This document shows, one piece after another, positions 38,724 through 48,146 of a stretch of DNA of 64,000 bases. Source of the stretch: a virus (taxonomy: Duplodnaviria > Caudoviricetes); the IMG/VR virus record IMGVR_UViG_3300027759_000044. The stretch is one strand, 5' to 3'. Position numbers and translations under genes: made by a program. A model generated the notes under the pieces. That model worked only from the letters and a program-made list of their open reading frames with translations. It was not told the origin of the DNA and did no database searches. The stretch's first letter is position 1. Each line of letters starts with the position of its first letter.

Positions 38724-41700
38724 TACGTTTCTACTCCTATCTGTAAATCAGTTATAGTTTGACCGGATGCCAACGCAATTCTAATTAAAATATTATTACC
38801 AAAACTTCTAGATGCATTCTGTGAACCAAGTGTCATGGTGTATCTTACATTTGATATCTGTGTATTCAATGGTATCACATCAGCCCCAGTTAAAGCACAT
38901 CCGTTAGTACCAGCGGGATTACCACCTGTATTACTATTACCCGGTACACCCGCACCATTGTATTGTTCATATCCAGTTAACCATCCGTTAATTGTACTAG
39001 TGGGTCCTGGATTACCCGGTACATTAGCACCAAATCCACCTGTGTCAATAGATGTTCCCGGTGCAGCTACCCATAACCCTGATATACCAGTTGAGCCGGT
39101 AGTTAATATAACATCAAAGTTAGCCAAGCTAGGTCTTACAAATGCAAAAGTAAAATATTGTAATCCTGATCGACCGGTTGCTAAATCTGGTCCAATTGGT
39201 AAATATCCAGTAGACAAGTTTACAGCATAATGTTTTAATACACCATATCTAACTACTGCTTCTGGCGTACCTGCAATAGTTTGAGCACCTGTCCAAGCAT
39301 TGCTGGTATAATAATTTGTACTTCCACTAAACGCCGGTGTGTTACCTGCAGTACTCAAAACAACACGAATCGCAGGTTGTGTATTACTTGCTACATTAGC
39401 AGGTATATTTGCTTCATTAAAGCCAGAATTTGCACCAGCATACATTTGTATTTTTGTAGGCAATTGAATTGTTGTACTAGTACCAACTACGTTGAATATG
39501 TTTGCCGCTAATGTTGATACCCCGTTAACAGCACCGTTAAGCAATACATTCATATTACCCATTGAATAGTTAGTTGAAATACCAATGTTAGCTTTAACAT
39601 TAGATCCAGTCAACATAGAATTAGCACTATTATCAATTTGTGCTAATGTTTTAGTTTGTGTGGCTATGACTGATCCAGAACCTTCATATGATGTACCAGA
39701 TGCTACTGTGAATGGATCAGCACTACGGAATGTTTGTCCTGTAAAGTTCTGTAATTCTAAATTAGCTACAGTTATTGCCGGCGATCCAGTAGCACTATAG
39801 TAAGGGATACCAGAAATATAACGATATGTTCCTGCAGTAGCAGTAACCATTATTGTATTTGTGGTAATTAAACTTGGTGCAGAATTTAAGTTATCTTTTA
39901 CCATTCCAATAGTATTGGTGTTACCTGTAGTTGAATGACGTAATTGGAAATCATTATAACCATTACCCAAACTAGCTAATGTATTGCTAATTGTAGCTGA
40001 GAATACTTTATAGAATCCTGTAGGAACAGCGGCATTTGCTACGTGTAAATCTCTATCTGCTGATACTATCAATGAACTATATGTTCCAACAGCATTTCCC
40101 ACATTACTGAATGACGTATTACCACTAGCAGTATTATTTACATAAGCAGTTAATGTGCCTGTAAGTGATGTGTTAGCATTAGTTACTTGTGTACTAGTTG
40201 ATACCGGTGTAGTTGTAGCAATACGTGTAACTGCTGTACCATTAGCTAATATATTTCCACCAGTATTATCAGCCGCTCCTGCCGCTAATAACGGACTAGT
40301 ACCTTGACTTGATGTAGCAATAGTAACATTAGTGAAACTACTTAGATTAGCAGGAGCTGTTGGGTTAGCTAAAATAGTAATATAATTTGTTTTTGTATTT
40401 GTATTACTTTGTAAAGTAGTTCCTGGAGTACCGTTTGCTTGTAATGCCACAGTCTTACCACCAATAGTAGGTGATCCATAATCGTTAAGATATGAGTGTG
40501 TAATATTAGCACGACTTGTTAGGCCTGTGTTACTTGTAGTATCACCCCATGTCCAATTAAACACGTTACCAGTAAAATTAACGTTAGGTGATGTATCATT
40601 ACTGAAGTTAAACAAGCTTCTATCACGACCTAAATAGTCAGTAAACAAGTAACCAACCTGAGCGTTAGAAGTATAACCAGTAGCGTCAGTTTGAGTATTG
40701 GCTGTTCCTGTAAAGTTAGCTCTAACTTCCGGTTCAACTGTAATTGTAATATTACTAGATATGAATGGGCTAGTACTATACCCGGTGTATAGTGAAAGAT
40801 TTGTTACATAACTTACTGTAGTGGCAGCATTTTGTTGTACTGAACTCAAAGCAAATGCGTGAGTAATATTAGCCGCTCCTGGATTACCAGCAAGTCCTGT
40901 TTGAATATTAATGTTACTATTAGCGGTACCGTCTCCCCAACGATAGTTATATAATTGTTGTGCACCAAAGCTAGCAGTATTACCCGGACTACCCGGAGTA
41001 TCATTTCTAAAACTAATTACACCACCTGAAGTAGCAAGATAGTTAATTGTTGAAGTAGCATTGGCTGAGAATGCAGGACTTTGCGGAGAATATACTTTAA
41101 CATTAGTATTAGCTGTTGTAACACTATACGGAGGTGCATTACCTGCTGTTTGATTTGTACCAGTTAAATTAATTCCATATATAGTATCAACGTTAGCAGA
41201 ATTAATATATCTATGGGTGTTAGTTGTCCAAGAGTTACCTGGGTTAACAGCACTATTACCATCACCATAATTAATTGTATATGATGTAGCATACAAACTT
41301 GTATTAGTTAGTGTAACGTTACTACCAGTATCTAAACTAGTAGGAGTAGTTGTAAATGATGGTATTGGTAATGGTGTATATAATGTTATATAATTTGTAT
41401 TAGTTGATGTAGCAGTTGAGCCTTTTGCTCCATTAGCCGCATTACCACCATATGTACCGTTAACATTGTATGCTGTAAATGTAACTGTAAATTGTCCGCC
41501 CGATGTATTACTATATGTTTTTGTAGGGTTGCGTAATGTGCTAGTTGTACCGTCACCAAAATCCCAAAGATAATTTGTGGGATTACCAATATAGTATCCG
41601 TTAAATGCTACTGTTATCGGGCTAGGTCCTGATGTAGTATTTGCCCCAATGTATATATTACCTACAAACGTATTTCCAGCAATGTTTAAGCTAACCTGAT

Positions 41701-44700
41701 TTAAATCATCTAATCCATCAGTAACATATGTACCGGTAGTCCAACCATTGTATGCTACATTGGTTGTTAGATCACCGTCAGTAGGTGTCCCTAATATAAT
41801 AGAGTTACCTATAACACCTGAAATGTTACCTCCACCAATCCAAGTTAGATTGCCAGTACCGTCTGTACCTAATAGATATCCTGCAGTTCCGCCACCAATG
41901 TGTACATTAGAAACACTTCCTAATGCTACGTTAGCAGTATTTGAGAAGTTAACTGTACCAATTGATGTTAGTCCAGTTAGATTACCCACACTTGTTAAAT
42001 TACTAGTGATAATATTTGAATTTAATGATGTTCCTGATAAGTTAGCCGCATTAGCAGTAATTGTTACATTGCTAGCGGCAGTTAGTTGACCTTGTTGGTT
42101 AACTGTAAATGTAGCAACAGTGTCACTACCACCGTATGTATTGGGTGTTACTGCTGTATTACTAATATTAAATTGATTGCCAATTAATGTGAGTCCTGTA
42201 CCAGCAGTGTATGAACCTGCACCAGAAAACTGTACAAATATAATTGGTGTTGTACCCATTACAACCGGTGAGTTTGTTGTACAAACCCAACCAGTATCAG
42301 CATTAATTGTACCATACTCAACAAAGGTAAACGCTCCTGGAATTTCACCACTCGGTGAACCATTATCAAAATCATTAGACCGTGTTAATACAAAAACTGA
42401 ACTTACACTACCGGTGTCTGTGACTACATATATACCATTATAAGGATCATTGGCACCTGTTTCATTTTTAATTAATACACGACTATTAACAACTGGGGAA
42501 CCACTGTCAAGTTCCAATGCTCCATTACTAGTTGCGGTAATAGTTGCTCCGACGCCACTTGATCCGTTATTATATGTATATGCCGGTAATGAAGTTGAAC
42601 TAGCATAGGTTACAGATGCTTTTGGATCTAGTCCTTGGGCAACTGCGTCAACATAACCTTTAGTTGCAGCATCTTGATTATTTACAGGCTCAGCTAAACT
42701 TGTAATGTTTTGGCTGTTCATGTTTACATTGCCACTGAAACTTCCTGTACCAGTAGCAATAAAGTTATTTGTTCCTAAATTACCTACGTTAGCATTACCG
42801 ATAAAATTAGCTGTATTTCCGGTTAAATCAAACGCAATATTTGCGTAGTTTGATGTTACTAGGTTACCTAAATTAGCATTACCTGAGGTTAAATTAGCAG
42901 TGATATTTGCTGTATTAGCATTTAAATGCTCTGCTACATTTACATAATTTGCTGTTGCTAAATTACCTAAATTAGCATTTGCAGAAGTTAAATTACCAAT
43001 AAAAGTAGCTATATTACCATTAAGGTCATACGCAACGTTTACATAATTTGCTAGTGCTAGGTTACCTAAATCAGCATTACCTGAGGTTAAATTAGCAGTG
43101 ATATTTGCTGTAGTTGCGTATACACCGTTTGATGTGTTTAAATTTGCACCAGTTATATTACCTAATGCAACAATAGTTTCGCCCACATCTAGTTTATTAG
43201 TGATATTTGCGTTACCGTTTACTAATAAACCACCAGATGAAATAACCACCACGTTACTAACAGTATCTACACTTATGTTAACATTTGAATTTGCATCTAT
43301 TATAATACTACTACTACCATTTAAGATACTAGCTGTATTAGAATTACCTGTTCCTATTACAGTAAATGTGCCACCTAATGGGTTTGTTAACGCAATTCCA
43401 TCAGGACCTGATGATATTGTAGAACCGTTTAAATCAATTGTATTACCTGATACATATAAATCTTTCCAACGTTGTGTTGGACTACCTAAATTATATGTTA
43501 AATTAGAACTTGGTAATAAATCTCCAGTTACTGTTAAATCAAACTCTGTTACTGTCAATGTAGTGTTGCCATTGGCTGTAAGAGTTATATTACCATCTGT
43601 CGTTGGTATTTCTATATAACTACTACCATTAGCAAGTCTGCCAATAAAATTACTAGCAGTTATATTACCTGTTGCGTTAATGTTCCCATCAACTATAACA
43701 ACATTTGATGTGGTATCACCTACTGTTAAATCTGTTAAATTACCTAATGTATGAATATTTGGTTGATTACTATCTGTAACTTGACCAGCAAAATTTGCAA
43801 AATTTGCATCAATCCCAGCCCATGTACCATCACCATAAAGAACATTTGATACATTACCATCTAAATTAATAGTAGCAATATTACCAATACCCGATACGTT
43901 AGCAACATTTACTGAATAAGCAGTTCCTGCAATATTTGCATAGTTTGCGTTTGCTACAGCTCCGCTTACATTAGCACCCTGTATATTACTTAAATTATTA
44001 CCTGATCCAATAAAGAAATTTGCTCTTACTACATTACCCAAATTAGCATTGCCGGCTGTTAAATTACCACTGAGGTTAGCTGTGTTTCCGTTTATCTGGT
44101 AAGCAACGTTTACATAATTAGCTGTGGCTAGATTACCTAAATTAGCATTATTAAATTGTGTATTTCCTAATACTGTTAATAAATTAGTAGTATTGTTAAA
44201 TGTAAAATTAGCACTAGCACCAAATTCACTATTATCATTAAATTGAATCTGTGTGTTATTTCCAGCTGGATTTCCACCTAAATCCCATGGACTTCCATTT
44301 GAATATAACAAATTATTTGTACGTAAATTCCCTACATTTGCAGTATTAACAACATTAATATTTCCCGAAACATTAACATAATTTGCCGTTACTAAATTAC
44401 CCAAATTAGCATTATCAGAAGTTAAATTACCGGTAACTGTTAAACTTGTTAAGTTACCAATACTAGTTATATTAGGTTGAGCATTAGTGTAGACTGTACC
44501 TGCTACCAGTGAGTTAGCTACTTGTCCTGTTACATTAGCACCTGTAATTGATGTTAATCCAGAACCGTTTCCTGTAATATTAGTAACAGCTAATGTTTTA
44601 GTTGTATTATTAAATGTAAAGTTAGCACTAGCACCAAATGCGTTACTATTATTAAATTGAACCTGTGTGTTACTACCAGCGGCATTAGTTGTGAATATAT

Positions 44701-45298
44701 ACGGGTCACCATTTGCGTATAAAATATTATCCGTTTTTATAGTATCAGTAGTAGTGTTGCCTTGAACTGTAATACCATCTGATTTGATAACAACTACATT
44801 AGCTGTTCCATTAACACCGGCTGTTATGTTTCCATTAAAATCTGCAATGACTACATTACTTTGACCATTACTGATTGCTGAACCAGAGCCAGGTGGTGAC
44901 CATTGTAGTAAACCATTTCCATCAGTTGATAGTAAATACCCAGTACTACCGCCGGTAATAGTAACATTAGATACTGGTCCTAAATTACTTAACCCAGTGA
45001 CATCTATGTTTGGAACTGTAACTAAATTTGTTACATCGTTAAATGTTAAATTTGAACTACCAGCAAATAATCCATCATTACTATATTGAATACTAGTATT
45101 AGGACCTTGTGGGTTTCCACCAGCATTGAACGGTCTTCCATTGGCATAAAAGTAGTTTCCAGCATATACATTAGCGGCTGCAACATTACCAGATGTGACT
45201 AATACGTTAGTAACTACATTGCCATTGGCATCAATTACTGGTACAGGTGGAATACCTACTGAGTACCCACCTAACGAATTAAATTTATCTGCTGACAT
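38723..45298 (-). CDS. Giant virion protein with PKD domains (2191 aa)
   Basis: DKFNSLGGYSVG start; fibre modules; YLWDFGDGTTSTLRNPTKTY and further WGDG/YGDG PKD-type units; TAATG coupling to the next gene. Confidence 0.82.
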   Translation of the reverse strand: MSADKFNSLGGYSVGIPPVPVIDANGNVVTNVLVTSGNVAAANVYAGNYFYANGRPFNAGGNPQGPNTSIQYSNDGLFAGSSNLTFNDVTNLVTVPNIDVTGLSNLGPVSNVTITGGSTGYLLSTDGNGLLQWSPPGSGSAISNGQSNVVIADFNGNITAGVNGTANVVVIKSDGITVQGNTTTDTIKTDNILYANGDPYIFTTNAAGSNTQVQFNNSNAFGASANFTFNNTTKTLAVTNITGNGSGLTSITGANVTGQVANSLVAGTVYTNAQPNITSIGNLTSLTVTGNLTSDNANLGNLVTANYVNVSGNINVVNTANVGNLRTNNLLYSNGSPWDLGGNPAGNNTQIQFNDNSEFGASANFTFNNTTNLLTVLGNTQFNNANLGNLATANYVNVAYQINGNTANLSGNLTAGNANLGNVVRANFFIGSGNNLSNIQGANVSGAVANANYANIAGTAYSVNVANVSGIGNIATINLDGNVSNVLYGDGTWAGIDANFANFAGQVTDSNQPNIHTLGNLTDLTVGDTTSNVVIVDGNINATGNITASNFIGRLANGSSYIEIPTTDGNITLTANGNTTLTVTEFDLTVTGDLLPSSNLTYNLGSPTQRWKDLYVSGNTIDLNGSTISSGPDGIALTNPLGGTFTVIGTGNSNTASILNGSSSIIIDANSNVNISVDTVSNVVVISSGGLLVNGNANITNKLDVGETIVALGNITGANLNTSNGVYATTANITANLTSGNADLGNLALANYVNVAYDLNGNIATFIGNLTSANANLGNLATANYVNVAEHLNANTANITANLTSGNANLGNLVTSNYANIAFDLTGNTANFIGNANVGNLGTNNFIATGTGSFSGNVNMNSQNITSLAEPVNNQDAATKGYVDAVAQGLDPKASVTYASSTSLPAYTYNNGSSGVGATITATSNGALELDSGSPVVNSRVLIKNETGANDPYNGIYVVTDTGSVSSVFVLTRSNDFDNGSPSGEIPGAFTFVEYGTINADTGWVCTTNSPVVMGTTPIIFVQFSGAGSYTAGTGLTLIGNQFNISNTAVTPNTYGGSDTVATFTVNQQGQLTAASNVTITANAANLSGTSLNSNIITSNLTSVGNLTGLTSIGTVNFSNTANVALGSVSNVHIGGGTAGYLLGTDGTGNLTWIGGGNISGVIGNSIILGTPTDGDLTTNVAYNGWTTGTYVTDGLDDLNQVSLNIAGNTFVGNIYIGANTTSGPSPITVAFNGYYIGNPTNYLWDFGDGTTSTLRNPTKTYSNTSGGQFTVTFTAYNVNGTYGGNAANGAKGSTATSTNTNYITLYTPLPIPSFTTTPTSLDTGSNVTLTNTSLYATSYTINYGDGNSAVNPGNSWTTNTHRYINSANVDTIYGINLTGTNQTAGNAPPYSVTTANTNVKVYSPQSPAFSANATSTINYLATSGGVISFRNDTPGSPGNTASFGAQQLYNYRWGDGTANSNINIQTGLAGNPGAANITHAFALSSVQQNAATTVSYVTNLSLYTGYSTSPFISSNITITVEPEVRANFTGTANTQTDATGYTSNAQVGYLFTDYLGRDRSLFNFSNDTSPNVNFTGNVFNWTWGDTTSNTGLTSRANITHSYLNDYGSPTIGGKTVALQANGTPGTTLQSNTNTKTNYITILANPTAPANLSSFTNVTIATSSQGTSPLLAAGAADNTGGNILANGTAVTRIATTTPVSTSTQVTNANTSLTGTLTAYVNNTASGNTSFSNVGNAVGTYSSLIVSADRDLHVANAAVPTGFYKVFSATISNTLASLGNGYNDFQLRHSTTGNTNTIGMVKDNLNSAPSLITTNTIMVTATAGTYRYISGIPYYSATGSPAITVANLELQNFTGQTFRSADPFTVASGTSYEGSGSVIATQTKTLAQIDNSANSMLTGSNVKANIGISTNYSMGNMNVLLNGAVNGVSTLAANIFNVVGTSTTIQLPTKIQMYAGANSGFNEANIPANVASNTQPAIRVVLSTAGNTPAFSGSTNYYTSNAWTGAQTIAGTPEAVVRYGVLKHYAVNLSTGYLPIGPDLATGRSGLQYFTFAFVRPSLANFDVILTTGSTGISGLWVAAPGTSIDTGGFGANVPGNPGPTSTINGWLTGYEQYNGAGVPGNSNTGGNPAGTNGCALTGADVIPLNTQISNVRYTMTLGSQNASRSFGNNILIRIALASGQTITDLQIGVET

Positions 45299-45394
45299 CT
45301 AGTATCCTGAATAATAGTTATTATATATTTATCTTTTCCTAGTTGGTAAAAAGCACAAAAAAAGCACCCTGGAAATCTTTTTTCTAAATACACT

Positions 45395-45760
45395 ATGCTC
45401 ACACGACAACAACCAAGACCACTCTGCGAAAATTGTAAAGTAACACTATCAAAAAGTAATGGTACTAGCAAACATGGCTTTAAGAAGTGGCACAGATATT
45501 GTGTTGAATGTAGTAAAGCCGCATACAATCCAAAACATGGTTATCTATTACATAAGAAAAACAAATGTGAAAAGTGTGGATTTATACCAGAAGATAAATG
45601 CCAACTTGACATTGTATATAAAGATAACAATAAAAAGAACAAAGAGAAAACTAATTTGAAAACTCTATGTGCTAACTGTAATAGAGTGTATCAAAAAAAG
45701 TTAAAAGAAAAACGTAAAAGTATATTAGATATCACAGTTGATACTGACTATACTTTATAA
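45395..45760 (+). CDS. Zn-finger/HNH-like protein with a degenerate HNH site
   Basis: Four CxxC pairs; C..CGF...CQLD.VY.D.N..N....NL.TLCANC.R follows the HNH layout but lacks both His; CTAAATA box at 45384-45390. Confidence 0.7.
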   Translation: MLTRQQPRPLCENCKVTLSKSNGTSKHGFKKWHRYCVECSKAAYNPKHGYLLHKKNKCEKCGFIPEDKCQLDIVYKDNNKKNKEKTNLKTLCANCNRVYQKKLKEKRKSILDITVDTDYTL

Positions 45761-45771
45761 GTAGATTGTTT

Positions 45772-46680
45772 TTAAGTGTAACCGTAACTTGCGGCTGCTA
45801 ATCCGTTTCTAACAGTACCCACACCTGTAGTATCTGTGGCAACTACTCCGGTATTTGATACTAGATTGGTTATTGATAGTGCGGTCGGGTAAGTAGTAAA
45901 TCCATATCCAAAGATAGCAGTATCAATTCCATATCCTGCAGCCGCAAGTTGTTGTCTATCAGTACCAACTCCTGTTGTATTAGTAGCAACTACACCTGTG
46001 TTTGATACTAGATTGGTTATTGATGTTGGGCCAGATCCATATCCAAAAATAGCTTTATCTGTGCCATACCTAGCTGCGGCTAGCCATTCTCTAGCAGTAC
46101 CTACACCTGTAGTATCTGTAGCTACTACACCTGTATTTGATACTAGGTTGGTCATTGATGCCGAGCCGCTACCATATCCAAATATTGCTTTATCGGTACT
46201 ATACCCGGCAGCTGATAATCCATATCTAGCAGTACCAACTCCTGTAACATCATTACCAACTACGCCGGTGTTTGATACTAGGTTGGTTAATGACAGTAAA
46301 CCGGTATTATATCCATATCCAAATATAGCTTTGTCTGTTCCGTATGTTGCAGCACTAGGGCCAAATCTTACAGTACCAACACCGGTTACATCATTGCCTA
46401 CAACACCGATATTTGTTACTAGATTGGTTATTGCTGTATATGCAGGACCGGTATCTCCGTATCCAAATATAGCTTTATCACCTCCATAGCCTGCGGCAGC
46501 TAATTGCAATCTAGCTGTACCTACCCCAGTAGTATCTGTAGCAACAACACCGGTAGCTGATACTAAATTAGTAATAGCTGTTGCCGGTTGACCATATCCA
46601 AATATAGCCTTATTACCTGCCGGTGGAGCTGGTGGCTCAATACTAACCCCACCACTTATTGTCATTCCGCTAAAGTCCAT
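45772..46680 (-). CDS. Six-repeat (Kelch-like) beta-propeller protein
   Basis: Six ~42-aa repeats R..LAAA.YG.DKAIFGYG....TNLVSNTGVV..D.TGVGT; SD AAGGA and an ATAAATA box at 46700-46706. Confidence 0.75.
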   Translation of the reverse strand: MDFSGMTISGGVSIEPPAPPAGNKAIFGYGQPATAITNLVSATGVVATDTTGVGTARLQLAAAGYGGDKAIFGYGDTGPAYTAITNLVTNIGVVGNDVTGVGTVRFGPSAATYGTDKAIFGYGYNTGLLSLTNLVSNTGVVGNDVTGVGTARYGLSAAGYSTDKAIFGYGSGSASMTNLVSNTGVVATDTTGVGTAREWLAAARYGTDKAIFGYGSGPTSITNLVSNTGVVATNTTGVGTDRQQLAAAGYGIDTAIFGYGFTTYPTALSITNLVSNTGVVATDTTGVGTVRNGLAAASYGYT

Positions 46681-46724
46681 AATATGTTATCCTTTAACAT
46701 ATTTATCAAAAAATCATAGCCAAC

Positions 46725-46748
46725 AAAAAAGCACTACGAATAGTGCTT
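46725..46748 (-). terminator. Intrinsic terminator with a UUCG loop
   Basis: Minus strand AAGCACTA-TTCG-TAGTGC followed by TTTTTT. Confidence 0.85.
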
Positions 46749-46801
46749 GATTGTAACTTCCCATCCCATTGAGATATTGTATTTATGCTAGTTTACGCTT
46801 T

Positions 46802-47227
46802 TTACGAACTCCAACTATATGCACCGTTCTTATTTTGAATACCTACATCAGGTGATGCAAATGTTATGTGTGTACCTTTACCATAACCGAATGACTTATG
46901 TAGGGCTTTACCAAACTTAGTAAAGCAAAACTGTTTTTCTCCTGGCATCCATGTATCATCAAATAATAACACTTCAAGTTGCATTAGTACATGCGACATT
47001 GGAATTTTATCATCTTCTAAGTCTTTTGATAATACTACTAAGTAGGCGTGTTGTTTTTTGTCGTTTTCAATGTAAATTCTAGTTAGCCCGTCGTATGACC
47101 ATTTACCAGGATTAATCCCATCAATTTCCCATTTTAATATATTTTCAATTTCAGGATGCACCCATTCTAACTTTTCAAACTGAATAAGCACTGGGGTAAT
47201 CATTTCATATGTGACTTGTTTTTTCAT
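46802..47227 (-). CDS. Hypothetical protein
   Basis: 141-aa ORF on the dominant strand; no family recognised. Confidence 0.65.
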   Translation of the reverse strand: MKKQVTYEMITPVLIQFEKLEWVHPEIENILKWEIDGINPGKWSYDGLTRIYIENDKKQHAYLVVLSKDLEDDKIPMSHVLMQLEVLLFDDTWMPGEKQFCFTKFGKALHKSFGYGKGTHITFASPDVGIQNKNGAYSWSS

Positions 47228-47287
47228 TTTACAATAATACGGTTGTTAATCAGTAGTCATACTAACACTTATTACTGGTATTGTCAG

Positions 47288-48031
47288 CTATTTTGGGTAA
47301 ACATATATACGCTGTTGCTGACAATTGGGTCCGTGACCATACATCTTGTAATGACTTTCTCTCATTGTTTTACCGCATACTTCACATGTTTTCATTACTT
47401 TGTTCTTTTCTTTGGTCTCACTTATTTTTTGTTTCTGCTTCTCATCCATTGGAATATTTTTGTTTTTAGCAGTTTTTCCTTTTTTAGCTTTACTAATATT
47501 CTCTGCTCTTTCTTTGGTACAACCTTTACCGAACATAGGATTATTACTACCAGATTTAGCTTTGGACATTTTTTTACGGTAGGCTTGCGTTCTTATACCT
47601 TTTTTCTTACCAATATTTGACTTACTAAGTTTGTCTTTGTGGTCTGTTGTTTTGGGTTTATCTTTATGTGTTTCACTAATCTTTTTAGCACCTGCTTCAG
47701 TAAGTATTTTTTTACCGGCTATATTCCCGTTCAACCATTTATCTTGTCGTTCTAATACACGACTGCGAGTTAGTACTCTTGTTTCCCAGTCTGCCATTTC
47801 TTCCACAGTGTCAAAGGTTCTGCGTATTTCATATTCAAAGGCTTCTTTACCTTCAGCTTTAATAATGTTATTGATATTCACACTACTAGTGGTGTAATGT
47901 TTCCAAAAATCTTCTTTAGGAGTTCTGTTCAGTGTAGTGAAGTTTTTACATCTACTTCCGTAATATACTTTACCTGTTGTTTTATGTTTCACAAGATAGG
48001 TGTAAGGTTTTACTTTGTTTATTTCTTTCAT
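47288..48031 (-). mobile_element. Free-standing GIY-YIG/NUMOD3 (Seg-like) homing endonuclease
   Basis: YTYLV...TGKVYYGSR (GIY-YIG variant), NUMOD3-like H..K.S...KG and KMS.AKSG.NNPMFGK repeats, C-terminal CEVCGK; sits right after the capsid gene, like T4 segD. Confidence 0.8.
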
Positions 48032-48076
48032 ACTACTATTTATCTGTACCGCAACATCACCTATTTTTCATGAGGT

Positions 48077-48106
48077 AAAAAAAAAACGCACCGAAGTGCG
48101 TTTTTT
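48077..48106. terminator. Bidirectional intrinsic terminator after the major capsid gene
   Basis: A10-CGCAC-CGAA-GTGCG-T6; C(UUCG)G loop on the minus strand. Confidence 0.9.
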
Positions 48107-48146
48107 GATTTGATAACATCTGAAAGATATTAGCGTGTACTGAATT

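Noticed and set aside
14334-43619. Dozens of + strand ORFs (for example 15201..16145, 17586..18506, 34151..34840) over the fibre genes
   Set aside because: Antisense shadows of repetitive Gly/Asn/Thr codons; Pro/Val/Leu-rich nonsense with no SD or motif, fully overlapping long minus-strand genes.
45345-45383. AAAAAGCAC direct repeat upstream of the HNH-like gene as a terminator
   Set aside because: No complementary arm to form a stem; only a short direct repeat in an A-rich spacer.
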